DNA from: Octopus bimaculoides
Taxonomy: Eukaryota
Assembly: GCF_001194135.2 (NCBI RefSeq)
Contig: NC_069004.1
Coordinates: forward strand, 22,208,313 to 22,272,312
Length of the DNA: 64,000 nt
Direction of reading: 5' to 3'
Shown: piece after piece, positions 23,874-36,697 of the stretch
Numbering within the stretch: the stretch's first letter is position 1
Layout: each line of letters begins with the position of its first letter
The notes under the pieces: model-generated
The model's database searches: none
What the model was told of the DNA's origin: nothing
The model's input: only the letters and a program-made list of their open reading frames with translations
Program-made: the position numbers and the translations under genes

Positions 23874-24483
23874 ATCACATATAAAGTATTTTGGTAAAAT
23901 TTGCCCCATATTAAATACGTGCAATGTCTTGATTTTTCCAAGTTATTGTCCTTTATATTCTTGAGTTCAAATCCTGCTTATTCAAATTTTTACCCTTCTA
24001 AGAGTCAATAAAATAAATGGTAGTTAAGTACTAGAGTTGATTTTATTAGCTAAATCCTCTTCATTACTTGTGACTATGTCATAAAAATAAACCAATTTTA
24101 AGATACAGAATAAAGTGCCTCAATGCAAATACTGGGGGTAATAATGGTGCTGCTTATGGTTGCTCAAGCTGCTAGAACTAGCAGCCAAATTTCACTCGAA
24201 TCACACCTTCATTCTTAGAATAGGAAGGACACACTAAATAATCCTTTCTACTAAAGGCACAAGGCCTGAAATTTGGGGGGAGTGCCCTAGTCGATTACAT
24301 CGACCCCAGTGTTTCATTGGTACTTCATTTATCGACCCAGTGGAATTTGAAGTCAGAACAGAAAGACAGACAAAATACTGCTAAGCATTTCACCCAACGT
24401 GCTAACAATTGAGCCAGCTTGCTGCCTTGGATACACTAAATGATACTATGACCTCAGGTAAATCAGTACTAGATAAAAGAGAA

Positions 24484-25770
24484 TACTGTAAAAACCTATG
24501 TAAATGCACACCTGTATAATTTACGCAGGTGATTTTCAGGATAAAATATGTTTTAAAAAAGCTTCTGCTCATGTAAAATTCACACCCAAAAGTTTTTAGA
24601 ATTGCCGATATAGCTAGGGGAAAAAGGTTTTCAATTTAGTTGTATTTAGCATAATTTCACTTACTTATAATTAGATTTTATTAAATTTTCATTAAATAAA
24701 AATAATTTCTGCTTAACAAGTATCACATTGAAAGCTATTAAATTACAAAGTGTTTGTGTTGTTTATAATAAACTTTATTTTACATTTCTTGCCCACAAGA
24801 AATTATGTCTGATCTTTAGCATACTTCTCAATATTTTCTCAAATCATGATCAGAGGAAAAGAATTACCAACAAAAACAAAGCTGGTAAATATGCACAGGC
24901 GTTGCAAATTAAGTTTAATTACCAATGAACATCAGCTTAGATGACACTTTACTCAACTGACAGAAGAAGGTAACCGATTAAACTGATTATGTAAANNNNN
25001 NNNNNNNNNNNNNNNNNNNNNNNNNNNNNNNNNNNNNNNNNNNNNNNNNNNNNNNNNNNNNNNNNNNNNNNNNNNNNNNNNNNNNNNNNNNNNNNNNNNN
25101 NNNNNNNNNNNNNNNNNNNNNNNNNNNNNNNNNNNNNNNNNNNNNNNNNNNNNNNNNNNNNNNNNNNNNNNNNNNNNNNNNNNNNNNNNNNNNNNNNNNN
25201 NNNNNNNNNNNNNNNNNNNNNNNNNNNNNNNNNNNNNNNNTGGCAATAGAGCCAATGTTCAAAATTGGCGTAAACAGTACGACAAACTTAAAACTGTGCC
25301 TAGTAATAAACAGACAAAAATAAAAACATACAAACAAGATTATCCATATCACTACATTTTTTTCAGTCAGGAATATCCATATCACTATGTATGTCAGTGG
25401 TGCTCCAATGTGATTGCTAGAAACTCCAAGCAATGTAAAACATGGCCTGGACCACATGAACGTCAGAATTTAAAAAGTAGTTAACCATTTAATGGTTTTA
25501 GAAAATTTATACAGAAAAAGTAAGCATTATACCATCCAGCATAAATAAAAGTCAACTTCATATTTAAGCCAGCATTTTTTCTGGAAAAACCTTTTCTGAG
25601 ATTAAATGAATCAACTTCCGGTACGAATGTTTATGTTTTGTATGTCTTTTTGCAACAAAAAAATTTCTAAAAAGATTCTGGAAACGATCTACTCATGTAA
25701 TTTATGCAGCCCCTAAAGTTTATTTTTATTTTTGCAAAAAAGTGCATAAATTACATGGGTTTTCATGGTA
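24484..25770 (+). mobile_element. pogo-like (Brinker-DBD type) internally deleted DNA transposon
   Basis: The left end tactgtaaaaacctatgtaaatgcac matches the reverse complement of the right end (taccatgaaaacccatgtaatttatgcac), with TA termini. The internal GNRA-NVQNWRKQYDKLKTVPSNK resembles the Brinker-type HTH of pogo transposases. The element spans an N gap. Confidence 0.6.
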
Positions 25771-26645
25771 GTCATGACTGAAACAGCTTCCATCACATAA
25801 CTTATCAGGGTTGAAGAACAGATGGATATCTGGAAAAGGGACTTGTTGAATATATCTTTCCATTGACTTGGGGTTAATGTCTCTGGAAAGAAGCCTCTAC
25901 ACCTTAGTATTCAACATAATTACAGAGCCTCTATATGATCACTTGATAAGCTAGAAATAGTACCCAAATGCTCCCTATTTAAACTCTGCAATTTTTTTTT
26001 CAATGTCAGCCTTGTTATGGTTTCAATGGCTGAATTTGAGCCTGGAGCCTCTTGATAGCAATTCATACTTCTTAACCATTTAACTATGCCTACAGCACAT
26101 TTGCTTGATTTGTTGGAAATAGAAGCTAAATCTCCCTCAAATCATAGCCTACCATCTTAAATATAGAATGATAAAGTAGATATTATAGTTCCTGATATAC
26201 AAAAAGATAAAAAGGTCATATTTAGAACATAGATCTGCTAGATCAAAGGTAACCAATGGTTAAACAATAAAACTAACAATACACAAATAGAGAGACAGAC
26301 ACATATTTTCATTATTAGAGGTGGAAGCAGTATTAGTTCAAAATTGCAACCTGTATTATACTTAAAGCAGATATGTTGTTGAAAGCCTATATATAGATAC
26401 ACACACACACATACATATGTATATATATATACACACATACATACACACACACATATACATACACACACATATATATATCAAAATGAACACACATAAAAAA
26501 TATGTGTGTGTGTACACACATAAATACACACACATACATACAAGTATATGGGTGTAACTTTATATGCACACACAAGTAATATAATCAGATTCATTGAAAA
26601 GTTTGAAGCATATGTTTATTAAATGAGAGTGACCAATAGATATAG

Positions 26646-26691
<46 letters not shown>

Positions 26692-27398
26692 ATTCTAAGC
26701 CATTGTACTAGTTTATATGATTATTCAGATCACATATATGGATAATCAGTACCACAGAATACAACACCAATTCTCGTGTTAGTACGTGATGTTTCCTTCA
26801 GGTCTGTCCTTGTGATTAGTGATGACTAACAGTCAGTGGACTGACTGTTCAGTTTATAGTGTTTGTACAAGTAAAAGTCCTGGCAGTTGACGATAAAAAA
26901 ATCAATAAAGACCAACCACGTGAAGAATCAGTTTATTGGAAAGGGGAGGGGGAAGACATGATATAGTTTTTACAATGACCATTGTTAAGTATCACAACAT
27001 ATACATATGTACGCATACATAAACACACATGTGTATGTATGTGTGTGTGTGAGTGTGTTGTGCTTGATACATAATACCAAAAACTTATAGCTCTCGATAC
27101 AGATGTAGTATGATATATTTGTATGCAATGAGCAACATGAATAAATGTACCTTGGGGACTTGTCCTGGGTTTCACAGTCTCACACAATTCTTTTTGAAGA
27201 CAAGTGGAGACAGAAGGCCTGAAGGAGTGAGATGTGAGTCTGCAAAACCCAAGGTAGCTCCTAAGGTGTGTTTATTTGTGCTGCTTAATAAATACACACA
27301 CACACTACTCTATATACTGAGTTAATTTTTTTAAATTTTTATATTACCAAATATGCATGAGCATATATACATACATGTACACTCACACAAGTGTGTGT

Positions 27399-27430
<32 letters not shown>

Positions 27431-29332
27431 AAAGACCTTCTTCTTTGTTTTTCATTCAGTATTGGATCTTTGTGTTTCTGTAACTTAGCTGTTCAGTAAA
27501 CAATAAGTTTCAGGTTTATGAGTACTGGGGTCAATTTCATCAATTAAATCCTTCATTATTATTCAGGCTCTATTCAAGAGTGTTATTTGAGAAAAATTTG
27601 ACTGCTATGACAAGAGGGTCAAACAATGACAAAGGTTTTTCTGTTGAATTTTTGAGTGGTTAAAAGAAGGCCATCAAAGCCCTAAAATCACAAAAAGATT
27701 TCTCATAAAAAACTCATGAACAAAACTGATGGAAGAATTAAAATAGAAACAAAATGGGAAAAACAAGTTACTGGTCAAGAATAACCAAAATTGTATTTGT
27801 TATATTCTGGTTTTTGTCTTTTCAATCAGTCATCTTTGTGACACAAATATATATTGATTTATTGATTTAAAAAAAATCATTCTTGATCATGAATGGAAGG
27901 ATATATTAATAAATTATCAGCAACATCAAAAACCATTACAATTATGTCCTAGTTTCCACACTACAACTACCCCCCTAACCACTACCACCTCACCACCAAA
28001 ATCATTAATACCATTCAATCCTCCTCCTCTATCTGACATTGTCTGAAAGATGTATAATACTGCTTGTTTGCCCTCATCCCATCTCTCTCTCTCTCTCTCT
28101 CTCTCTTCCTCCCCTACTGGTCACTTTTTACATCATTTTAGCTTGACCTACTTCTAAAAGGCTCACCCTAACCCTAACCACCCCTGTTATATTTATCCCC
28201 CCCCCACACACACACGTATGTATACACAAACACTCATGCACACAATGACACCACTCAATACAGTTGCCCCATAACATGTATTGAACATTTTCATGCTTTT
28301 CTACCCAAAAGACAAATGTATGCATACGTCTGCATACACAGAGACACACATATGCACACAAATATATTATGAATGTTTATTGTATGTTTACATATGGTGG
28401 GCCAAAATTGCTAATGCATTCTGGGTAAAAAGTGACATCATAGTACAAAGTATCTAGAGTAAGGAAGACTCAAAGGAAAACTTAAATTAAGCCTGAAACA
28501 GTATGTTTCACTCATAGTTGAGACACAATTGAATCCTGAAGCACAAGTGGAACCTTTTTGTCAAGCAGGTAGACTCAGGCAAAAACATGTCACATGTTCA
28601 ACCCAGAGCCACAATGCAACAAGCTGTCACCATCACCATCAAAACTATTGTTAATATTAGTTTTAACAATTAGGCTGTGAGCTGGCAGAATTGTTAACAC
28701 ACCAGGCAAAATGCTCAGCAGCGTTTCATCCATCTTTATGTTCTGAGTTCAAATTCAGTCAAAGCCAACTTTGCCTTTCATTCTTTAGAGGTCAATAAAA
28801 TAAGCACCAGTTGAACACAGGGATTGATCTAATTGACTTACTCCCTCCCCCAAATTACTGATCATGTGCTAAAATTTGAAACCAATATTAGTTTTACAAT
28901 GGAAAAATTTCTATTACAAGAGCTATTCTATTACAATATGGTATTTACAGCAAATTTGCATTTAATCCTTTGAGGTCAATAAAAGAAGTACTTATTCAGA
29001 TGCCATAACAAAGGTTCTCAATACTTGTGGGCAGCTGCCAGGGGAGAGAGACACTGTCCTCTACCCTCATCTCCATTATTGTTATGCCTCTCATTAGTCA
29101 ATACTGGAGCCAATACAATCATTTGTTTTCCTAACTATCAATCTTACCATGCTTATCCAGCTACTCACCCAGCATGCTATCATCTACAATATGAATTACA
29201 TTTGTGCATAAAATGTGTGTATTAATGAGTGTGTGTATGCATGTTAGTGCATGTGTCTATGCATGTGAGTGTGTGTATATGTGTTCAAGTTGCAGATTTT
29301 TTCTAAATAATTACCACTTCATTAAAAACATA

Positions 29333-30748
29333 GGATCTGTTCTGTTGCTATCATAGGTATTGAAATTTTAAAATTAAGTGAGAATTTTCAAATTTGGTAT
29401 ATAGTTGTAATTTTTTATTCTGATTCTGATTTTGTTATTCACTAGTTTCAGAAAAAATTTTGATAAACCAAAGTTTAAAGTTTGATCATTTTTACCAAAT
29501 CAGAAAAAAGAATTTGGAAGCTGGCATTTTGTGTGTGATAGCTGTCTATGACAACATTACAACAACAATCCTGTAAAAGTTTTTGAAGTTTTAATAAGTT
29601 TTAATGAATAGTGTCATGTGAAATGTTGGAACAGGCATGCAAACAATATAAAAAGGAAAAATCCTCAATGAATTTTTTTTTCACAAAAATTACAAAAATA
29701 AAAACTCTACACTAAAATTACAAAAAAGAAACAGACTGTAGTTCAGTTCATGTAAACAATTAATACATTTTTTTTTGGAGAAAAATTCAAGAAGAAAAAC
29801 ATGTCTGGTCTTGTGACACACAAAATCCCACTGTTCAGGTAGCAAGCACTCTTCCTTGGTTATATTGACATCTTGAGAAGACTTTAGTCTATCTCAACAA
29901 TCTTCTCAGGACTGCCAATCTGAACTGGGTTGCAGAGCAGGTCGCTCAGCACATATTTCACAAACATATCTGTTGTAATTGACAGTTGTGCAGTGGCTCA
30001 TCCTCAGTTCTTTGAAACATGAGTAGAGGGTAAAAAAAGCAATACAGTTCTAAGAGGAAGGGTGCCACCTTCCAACAGTATATGTTTTCTCACAGGCATA
30101 CACTAGTTGCATCCTTTTCAGGAGCACCACCAGCAAATTTTCCCACAAAGCATCTTGTTCATATGTCTTTTTGTACATAATTTTCTTTTAGGGATAATAC
30201 CATTCCCTTGCAAGTAAGAAACCACATCCTCCTTGATTATCAATTTCTCAATCATATTTGAAAGGTTAAACGAGTTGGTTGTGGTCATACTTCAATTTAA
30301 GTTGAAAAAGTTCAGGAAAACACACATTTCAAAATTATGAAAATGAAGTAGTGACAGGACAAAAACTGAAAACATCTGTTCTTTTCTCAAAAAATACAGG
30401 TGAAATGACAAAAATGAGGTAGTATAGACATTCAGAAAATAGGCACTTATCAAAGAAAATAGATAGGTAAAGACAATACATGTGGTTGTAGTAGTTTAAG
30501 CAGACTATACCATCGTTTCCTAATATGTTAATATGGAAACAGGTACCAGTATGTCTGTGGCTTTCCATTGGCTAGAATTACCCAAAATTTATAAACTGTA
30601 AAGCTGTTAACTTTTTATTATTAATTTGTTGCAAAAATGAATTTCATTTCCACAATTAACATACAAAACAACATCAGTACACCAATTTTGAAAACAATTG
30701 TAACAAAATTAAAAGAATTGAAAACTGTCACAGCAACAGAAAAGATCC
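29333..30748 (-). mobile_element. Merlin (IS1016/IS1595-like) DNA transposon relic
   Basis: GG-starting TIRs ggatctgttctgttgctatca / ctgtcacagcaacagaaaagatcc, with inverted similarity extending ~80 bp. The degenerate 8-bp flanks are aaaacata / aaaacctg. A transposase remnant lies inside. Confidence 0.8.
29820..30288 (-). pseudogene. Merlin/ISXO2-like transposase pseudogene (N-terminal half)
   Basis: MTTTNSF...LQGNGIIPKRKLC...WWCS*KGC...VRKHILLEGGTLPLRTVL...QIGSPEKIVEID*SL / SRCQYNQGRVL / PEQW matches Merlin IGGPG.IVEIDES..SRRKYNRGR.....W. It carries stops and frameshifts. Confidence 0.85.
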
Positions 30749-31724
30749 AAAACCTGTCTTTTTCTTTTCTTTTTTTTTTGACAAAATCAAACTGTGATGT
30801 CTCATAACATTAGTTAGTCTAATGTTAGTCCACTAATTCAATACAGAAGTTGTCTTCTGTTTTGTAAATTCTCTAAGACAGTGACTGTATTGAACAGTAA
30901 TTGTTTCTAAAATGGGCACAAAGCTTCATATTTGGGAAGAAATGGTAGTCAATACCATTGACCCCAGTACATGATTGGTATTTTGTTTTGGTAACCAAAA
31001 GGATGAAAGGTAAAGTTGACCTTGGCAGTGTTTCAATTCAGAAAGTAAAGAATCAGAATAAATACAAGTATTTTGTCAGCCCCTCTAATGAATTTGCCAA
31101 TCTATCAGCCTTTAACAGTAATAAAACATTATTGTTAACACACACATACACACAAGCAAAATGCACACATACACACAATTCTTTTTCCAAAATATATTTT
31201 CACCACTCAGAAGTATTTTCAGTTGTTTGAATGTGTGTTGTTGTTGCTGTTTAATTCAAAGTCAACTATGACTAAATAAAAAAGCATTTTTGTTCAAAAA
31301 CATTTAAGCTGTGACCGTGCCTTTCCTTCCCCTTTTTAGAGTAGAGTACTTTCCAAGATGTTAGCGTGTGATTTGAGAGAGATATGCCTGCTATTCCTAG
31401 CATGTCAGATGACTACATAGAAGTTCTCTTGTAGAAAGGAGGCAACAGAGAGAAAGAGGCAGGAAGACAGAAAGTCAGAAGCAGATAACTTTGAGAGAGA
31501 TGGAAGAAAGTTTTTAATACTTAAACAGCAGCTCTATGGAATGATGCAATTTCTGAAAAGATTAACCAGACTTCCTGGTTTATATATGGATATAGATATA
31601 GACAGATTTAAAGATATCCAGCAGAATGGATTGTTTTGTTTTTGTTTTGTTTTTCTTGCTGGTATTTAAAGGAAGCAAGCAAGGAAAAAGATTCTTCTAA
31701 TATACCTTTTCCTCTAACTCTTTT

Positions 31725-31768
<44 letters not shown>

Positions 31769-32139
31769 TGCTAACAGAAACTCAGTCAAAATTAAGATAA
31801 AAAAACTCACTGATATGTGAGAGATTTGTTTAGTTTTCAAAGAAGGAAAGGATATTAGATTGAATTGAGAAGCAACCAGACTATTACCCTTATATGTAAA
31901 GAAGAAAACCATCATTCCGGTCAGGATGGGGGCAGAATACAAAATGGAAAGGAAAAATATAAAAACACAGTTAAGTAAAAATCATCTCCAAAGATCTGTA
32001 GTCCTTGTAAAATATTTTTTGTTCATTAAAAAGCCCAGTTTTTCTGCTTCACTTTATGGGTGGGCAGGCTTTCAAATGTACAGAAAACAAAAGACAGAGA
32101 TAGGTGAGGGAACAACAACATATATTTTTTTTACTTTTA

Positions 32140-32540
32140 TTTGTTTCAGTCATTAAACTGCGACCATGCTGGGGCACCACCTTAAAGAATTTTTAGTCAA
32201 ATCAATCGACCCCAGAACTTAATTTTGTTAAGCCTAGTACTCATTCTATTGGTCTTTTTTTGCCACACTGCTAAGTTATGGGGACAGAAATACACCAACA
32301 CCAGTTGTCAAGTGGTGGGGTGGGGAGATCAGACACAGACACAAAGACACACACACACACACACACACATGTATACAACAGGGTTCTTTCAATTTCCATC
32401 TACCAAATTCACTCACAAGACTTTTTTGTTGGCTCAAGGCTATAGCAGAAGACACTTGCTCAAGGTACCACACAGTAGGACTGAACCCAGCACTATGTGG
32501 TTGGAAAGCAAGCTTCTTACCACACAGCCAGAACCTGTAA
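32140..32540 (-). mobile_element. SINE type A, full length
   Basis: Tail, (CA)n and head in reverse. Similar copies at 33900-34205, 39985-40375, 40378-40730, 53800-54240, 54900-55300 and 55560-55895 (all minus), and 49530-49850 and 58195-58555 (plus). Confidence 0.88.
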
Positions 32541-32757
32541 GAAAGTCATTCACAGCATTTTGTCATGGAGAAAATTTCTCACTGTTGACAAATAGGTGTA
32601 AATGCACTGTGTATCATCTACACCTATTTGTCTACAGCAGGAAATTTTCTCTGTGACAAAATACAGTGAACAGCTTTCTTATGCATTCAGATATACCTCG
32701 TGTATTTAAACTGGTAACAAGTTTGTCCTTATACACATCACAACTTAGCACTGTCAC

Positions 32758-32791
<34 letters not shown>

Positions 32792-33384
32792 CACACTGTT
32801 TATTTGATCACTCACTACATATAATATAATAAAAATCTAATACGATGTCTATTCATAAGAAAGCAGGGCAGTGAAATGAGAGAGATTTGGTTGATATTTC
32901 TAGCAGGTTGAGCAACCACAGAGAGGGTTTCCTCATTGTCCCTTGTATGTACAGGGGTGATCTCTAAAAGAGATAAAGACTAACATAAGGGCCAGTTATG
33001 ACACATCATTGTTTTAAAAAAAAAAAATCATAAACCCCACCAAAAAAGAAAATTTGCTTTTGTGAAATTATATTTCCCAGATGATTCATACCCTGAGCCA
33101 ACCATCAGTAGCTGACCAGTTCTAGTAACTTAACATCATTCATGAAGCACCCCCTCCAACACATCAGATTCCACTTCAACTCTCACCCCCACACCAACAT
33201 CCCACAAACACTAATGACTTCCACAACAACTGTAGCCAAAAGCTGGTGGTAGTCACTCTGATTTATGTTTCACCACTTAACACTATAATAATCACTACAC
33301 TCATAAGATAACAAGGAAGTCTATAGTCAATCAACTGCCTAGAAATAGTAGTGACATTTTCCTCAAATGAAGCCCTAACTTCTC

Positions 33385-33618
33385 TAACCCTTTAGTATTC
33401 AGATTTTTCTGTCAAATGTAAAACTTATTTAAATATTTACATTGTTTTGAATTAATTAGGCTTTATTTTGTAGTTTTGGGAATTCAATAATGTGATTATT
33501 GCATTTTTAGAATGACATTATAGGGTAGGTGTAAGAGATCAAATCTGGATGGTTTGAACATAAAAAACAGATAAAGCATTTGGGCTGGATATGGCCAGTT
33601 TAAATGCTAAAGAGGTAA
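33385..33618. mobile_element. piggyBac-type MITE
   Basis: Ends taaccctttagtatt ... aatgctaaagaggtaaa, a degraded TTAA+CCC terminus. Related copies at ~16610-16785, 35790-36010, 45838-46036 (ttaaccctttagcatt...agggttaa), 47830-47990 and 59880-60092. Confidence 0.7.
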
Positions 33619-34745
33619 ATGTTATCCTGTGTAATTGCATACAAAAGAATATTAAAGATTTTGCAAGTAGTTGTTAAAAATGAAGCATATGTTTGTTGTA
33701 CTTATTCTTAGTTTGTTTTGCTTCATCTTATTCATTTCTTTACATCTTAATAAAGAAAGTACATTTTAAATTCATAAATGTATATCATATATTTTTATAG
33801 AGAGAAAACATGTCTACGTTTTGGGGTAAAAAGAAGAAAAAGTAAAGATTTTACCTTTCAAATTTTTATTGTCATATACATATAGATAAATATATCTTTT
33901 ATGTTTTTCAGTCATTAGACTGCAGCCATGCTAGGATACTACCTTGAAGGGCTTAGTCAAACAAATCAATCCCAGTACTTATTTTAAAGCCTAGTACTTT
34001 TTCTATTGGTCTCTTTTGCCAAACTGCTAAGTTATGAGGGCATAAACAAACCAACACTGGTTGTCAAGTGGTGGTTGGGGACAAACACATATGCAGATAC
34101 ACACATATGATGGACTTCTTTCAGTTTTTATCTACCGAATTCACTCACAAGGCTTTGGTAGGCCTAGTAGTGGGACTGAACCCAGAACTATGCGATTGGG
34201 AACCAAACTCCTCACCTTCATCACATGTGTGCGCATGCACACACAGTTGTTGAAATTGAAAGGAAGTAACCTTGTAAGTAATACAAATTGAAAAGAAAAC
34301 AGGATATTCCAAACAATAATCTTTTTTACTATAGGCACAAGGCCTTACATTTTGAGGGAAGGAGCTAATTGATTGCATTAATTTCAGTATTCAGCTAGTA
34401 CCATTTCATCAACCCAAAAAGGATGAAAGGTTAAGTCAACTGCACAAAAATGGTATTTCAATTTTGTACTGTAATAAAAACAAAATAATAGGAAGGTGGT
34501 GTACTATCAATAGAGTAAAATATCTATAATGAAGTCTACTGTTTGAGGCCAAAAAAGAAAGTAGGTAGGTCTTGCTAATCATAAGTTATTGAGTTTATTT
34601 AGAGCCATGACCTTGGCTAAAAGTGATCTTATGGAATGCCACAACTATGGCTTTTTGTAGGATAACAGTTAAAAAGAATACATTGGAGAGTATTTTCTAT
34701 TTTGAAGTTAACATATAATCATTACATACACAGAGAAAAACAAAC

Positions 34746-34964
34746 AACGGGGTGCTGAAAAGTTTTTGGCTTTAAGGGTATCACAAAAGGCCCTGGATTG
34801 AGGCCCAACCTTCCAAGTTCTTTTTCAAGGCTTAGAAAAACTGGAGGACCACTGCAATAAGTGAGTGATTCTTAGAGGAGAATATGTTGAATAAAATCAT
34901 AATTAACCAATCTTCCTGTATTTTCTTTTACCCAAAGCCAGGAACTTTTCAGGACCCCCTTGTA
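34746..34964 (+). mobile_element. mariner-derived MITE
   Basis: ~28-bp TIRs cggggtgctgaaaagtttttggcttt / aaagccaggaacttttcaggaccccc. The interior encodes a mariner C-terminal remnant LEKLEDHCNK...LRGEYVE*. Confidence 0.8.
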
Positions 34965-36245
34965 CACATATGCCTACATAGAAACACATCAAAAATTACA
35001 TATAAACACACACCTTCTTACACATATACAGAAACACACAAAGACACATAAAATCAGATGTTTCTTCATAAATAAATCACTATGGCCATATCATCCTGAG
35101 ATCACCAGCAGAGAATCCAATCAACAAATTTCAACAATGTCAAGTTTGATTAGTATTTAGATGGGTGACCACTTAAAACCAGGACTGTAAGCTTTTAAGG
35201 CTGAGTGGTCAAAACGTTTGGTCTCAAACCATTTCATCTCAGACAAGTTGTTTTCTACCATAACTTCAAATCAACTCAGACATTGTGAGTAATATTTAAT
35301 AGATGGAAACTGTGTGGAAGTTTATTGAACAGACTGTGCCTGCAATTCAAAGATTCAGCAGCATCACACATTATGCCATGTTGATTCAGACTCAGACTTT
35401 TACTAAGAGTACATATGTCAGCTTGAGTGGTAAACTTAACTCTCTCATCAAGTTTAACACCACCACCTGGTCAACGAGTGCTTTTAGTGGAGCCCACTCT
35501 ATTGTAAGTATTTAGGCTAGGTCTCTGATATCATATCTCTCCTTCCTCTCTCTCCTTCTCACAAGGCTCAGAGGCCCCTAAAAGGTCATTAGATACTGCC
35601 CTTCCCTTTCATTAAGCAATAAAAAAAAAACTCTATAGAAAACTCAACTATTTGATTGCCATATTTCTGTTGAAATACACTGTCTGTCCCATTTACTTTT
35701 GAAAATAATGAAGAATTTAGAAAAATAACTGTCATTATTAAGTTGATGGTTGGAGCATAAATTAACATGAAAGTTTACTGGACAGTCTTAGCCCTTAAGC
35801 ATTCGGATTACTCTGTCAAATGTTCTGCTTATTTATTCATATTGTTTTGAATTAATCATTAATTATCTTGTACCTTCAAGATTTTGATGATGTGATTGCT
35901 TATTTTTAGAATGACATGGTATAGGTAAGTGGGAGAGGCCAGATCTGGTCAATTTGAACATACAACAGAATATTTTGGCCAGATATGGCCAGTTTAAATG
36001 CTAATTCGTTAATAGAAATCACTTTGGAAGAGCATTTTATCATAGAACTAAGGATAGTCTTGGGAAGGCTTGTATCAAAAGGGTTAATGAGTCAGCCATC
36101 TGGTTGATCAAGCAACTAAATGCTCATCACTACATAACCTTCAATGATTAAGTCTTTCGTCCAATATTCCTTTTTCTCATAGATTTTTTTTTTATGGTAG
36201 TTTTCATTTAATTTTTCATTCATAAGCTACACTCAGGCATTAAAC

Positions 36246-36491
36246 TAAGGTTTCTAACCAGGGTTCATATAGCCCTTGGGGGTCCACATAAGATTTTGTT
36301 AAAATTTATGTGCAATAAATTGCTTATACTTCTACAATACTTTTTTTAAATACAATTTCTAATATTTGATTATAAAAATACAGTAAGATGTTTTTTTTAT
36401 ATATATATACACATCAAACAGCTATGGTGGTCCAGTAGAGTGAAATGGGAATCAAAGGGATCCACAGACAAAAAATGGTTGAGGACCACTG
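36246..36491. mobile_element. hAT (Charlie-like) MITE
   Basis: Right TIR ggttgaggaccactg with 8-bp flanks cattaaac / cattaaaa. A right-half relative lies at ~1710-1881. Confidence 0.7.
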
Positions 36492-36630
36492 CATTAAAAG
36501 CTATGGCCATGCTGAAGCATTGCATTTAACTTCTGTTTTTCTCTTCTTTTATAATCAGTTATACTGATCACAGTACTTTGTTTAAAACTTATATTATACA
36601 AAGGATGTAACTGAATAACACATTTGAAGG

Positions 36631-36697
36631 ACTGCTTTCATCCAATGGTAGAACATCTGCCATGTTTACAGATGTGGGCTCGTGTCCCACAGGCAGC
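36631..36697 (+). pseudogene. tRNA-like sequence (tRNA pseudogene or orphan SINE head)
   Basis: Acceptor stem ctgctt/aggcag, D-loop-like ccaatggtaga, stem catctg/cagatg with a 9-nt loop, and T-arm tggg-ctcgtgt-ccca. The B-box and anticodon loop are non-canonical. Confidence 0.5.

Noticed and set aside
25296-25484. ORF with repeated YPYHY and a CxxC, initially suggesting a zinc-finger exon
   Set aside because: It lies inside the TIR-bounded pogo-like element, and the repeat is an ~18-bp local duplication.
26780-26860. Possible box C/D snoRNA (gtgatg...ctga)
   Set aside because: No terminal stem, and the box spacing is unconvincing.
27200-27265. 66-nt frame-preserving plus-strand exon candidate TSGDRRPEGVRCESAKPKVAPK
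   Set aside because: Weak AAG acceptor and weak gtgtgt donor, with no homology recognised.
28519-28569. ~51-nt candidate exon ETQLNPEAQVEPFCQA
   Set aside because: The donor gtagac is poor and the segment is too short to evaluate.
31435-31700. Purine-rich open frame KEATERKRQEDRKSEADNFERDG...
   Set aside because: The acceptor lies inside a recurring repeat (gatttggctgctatttctagc family), and GA-rich low complexity explains the open frame.
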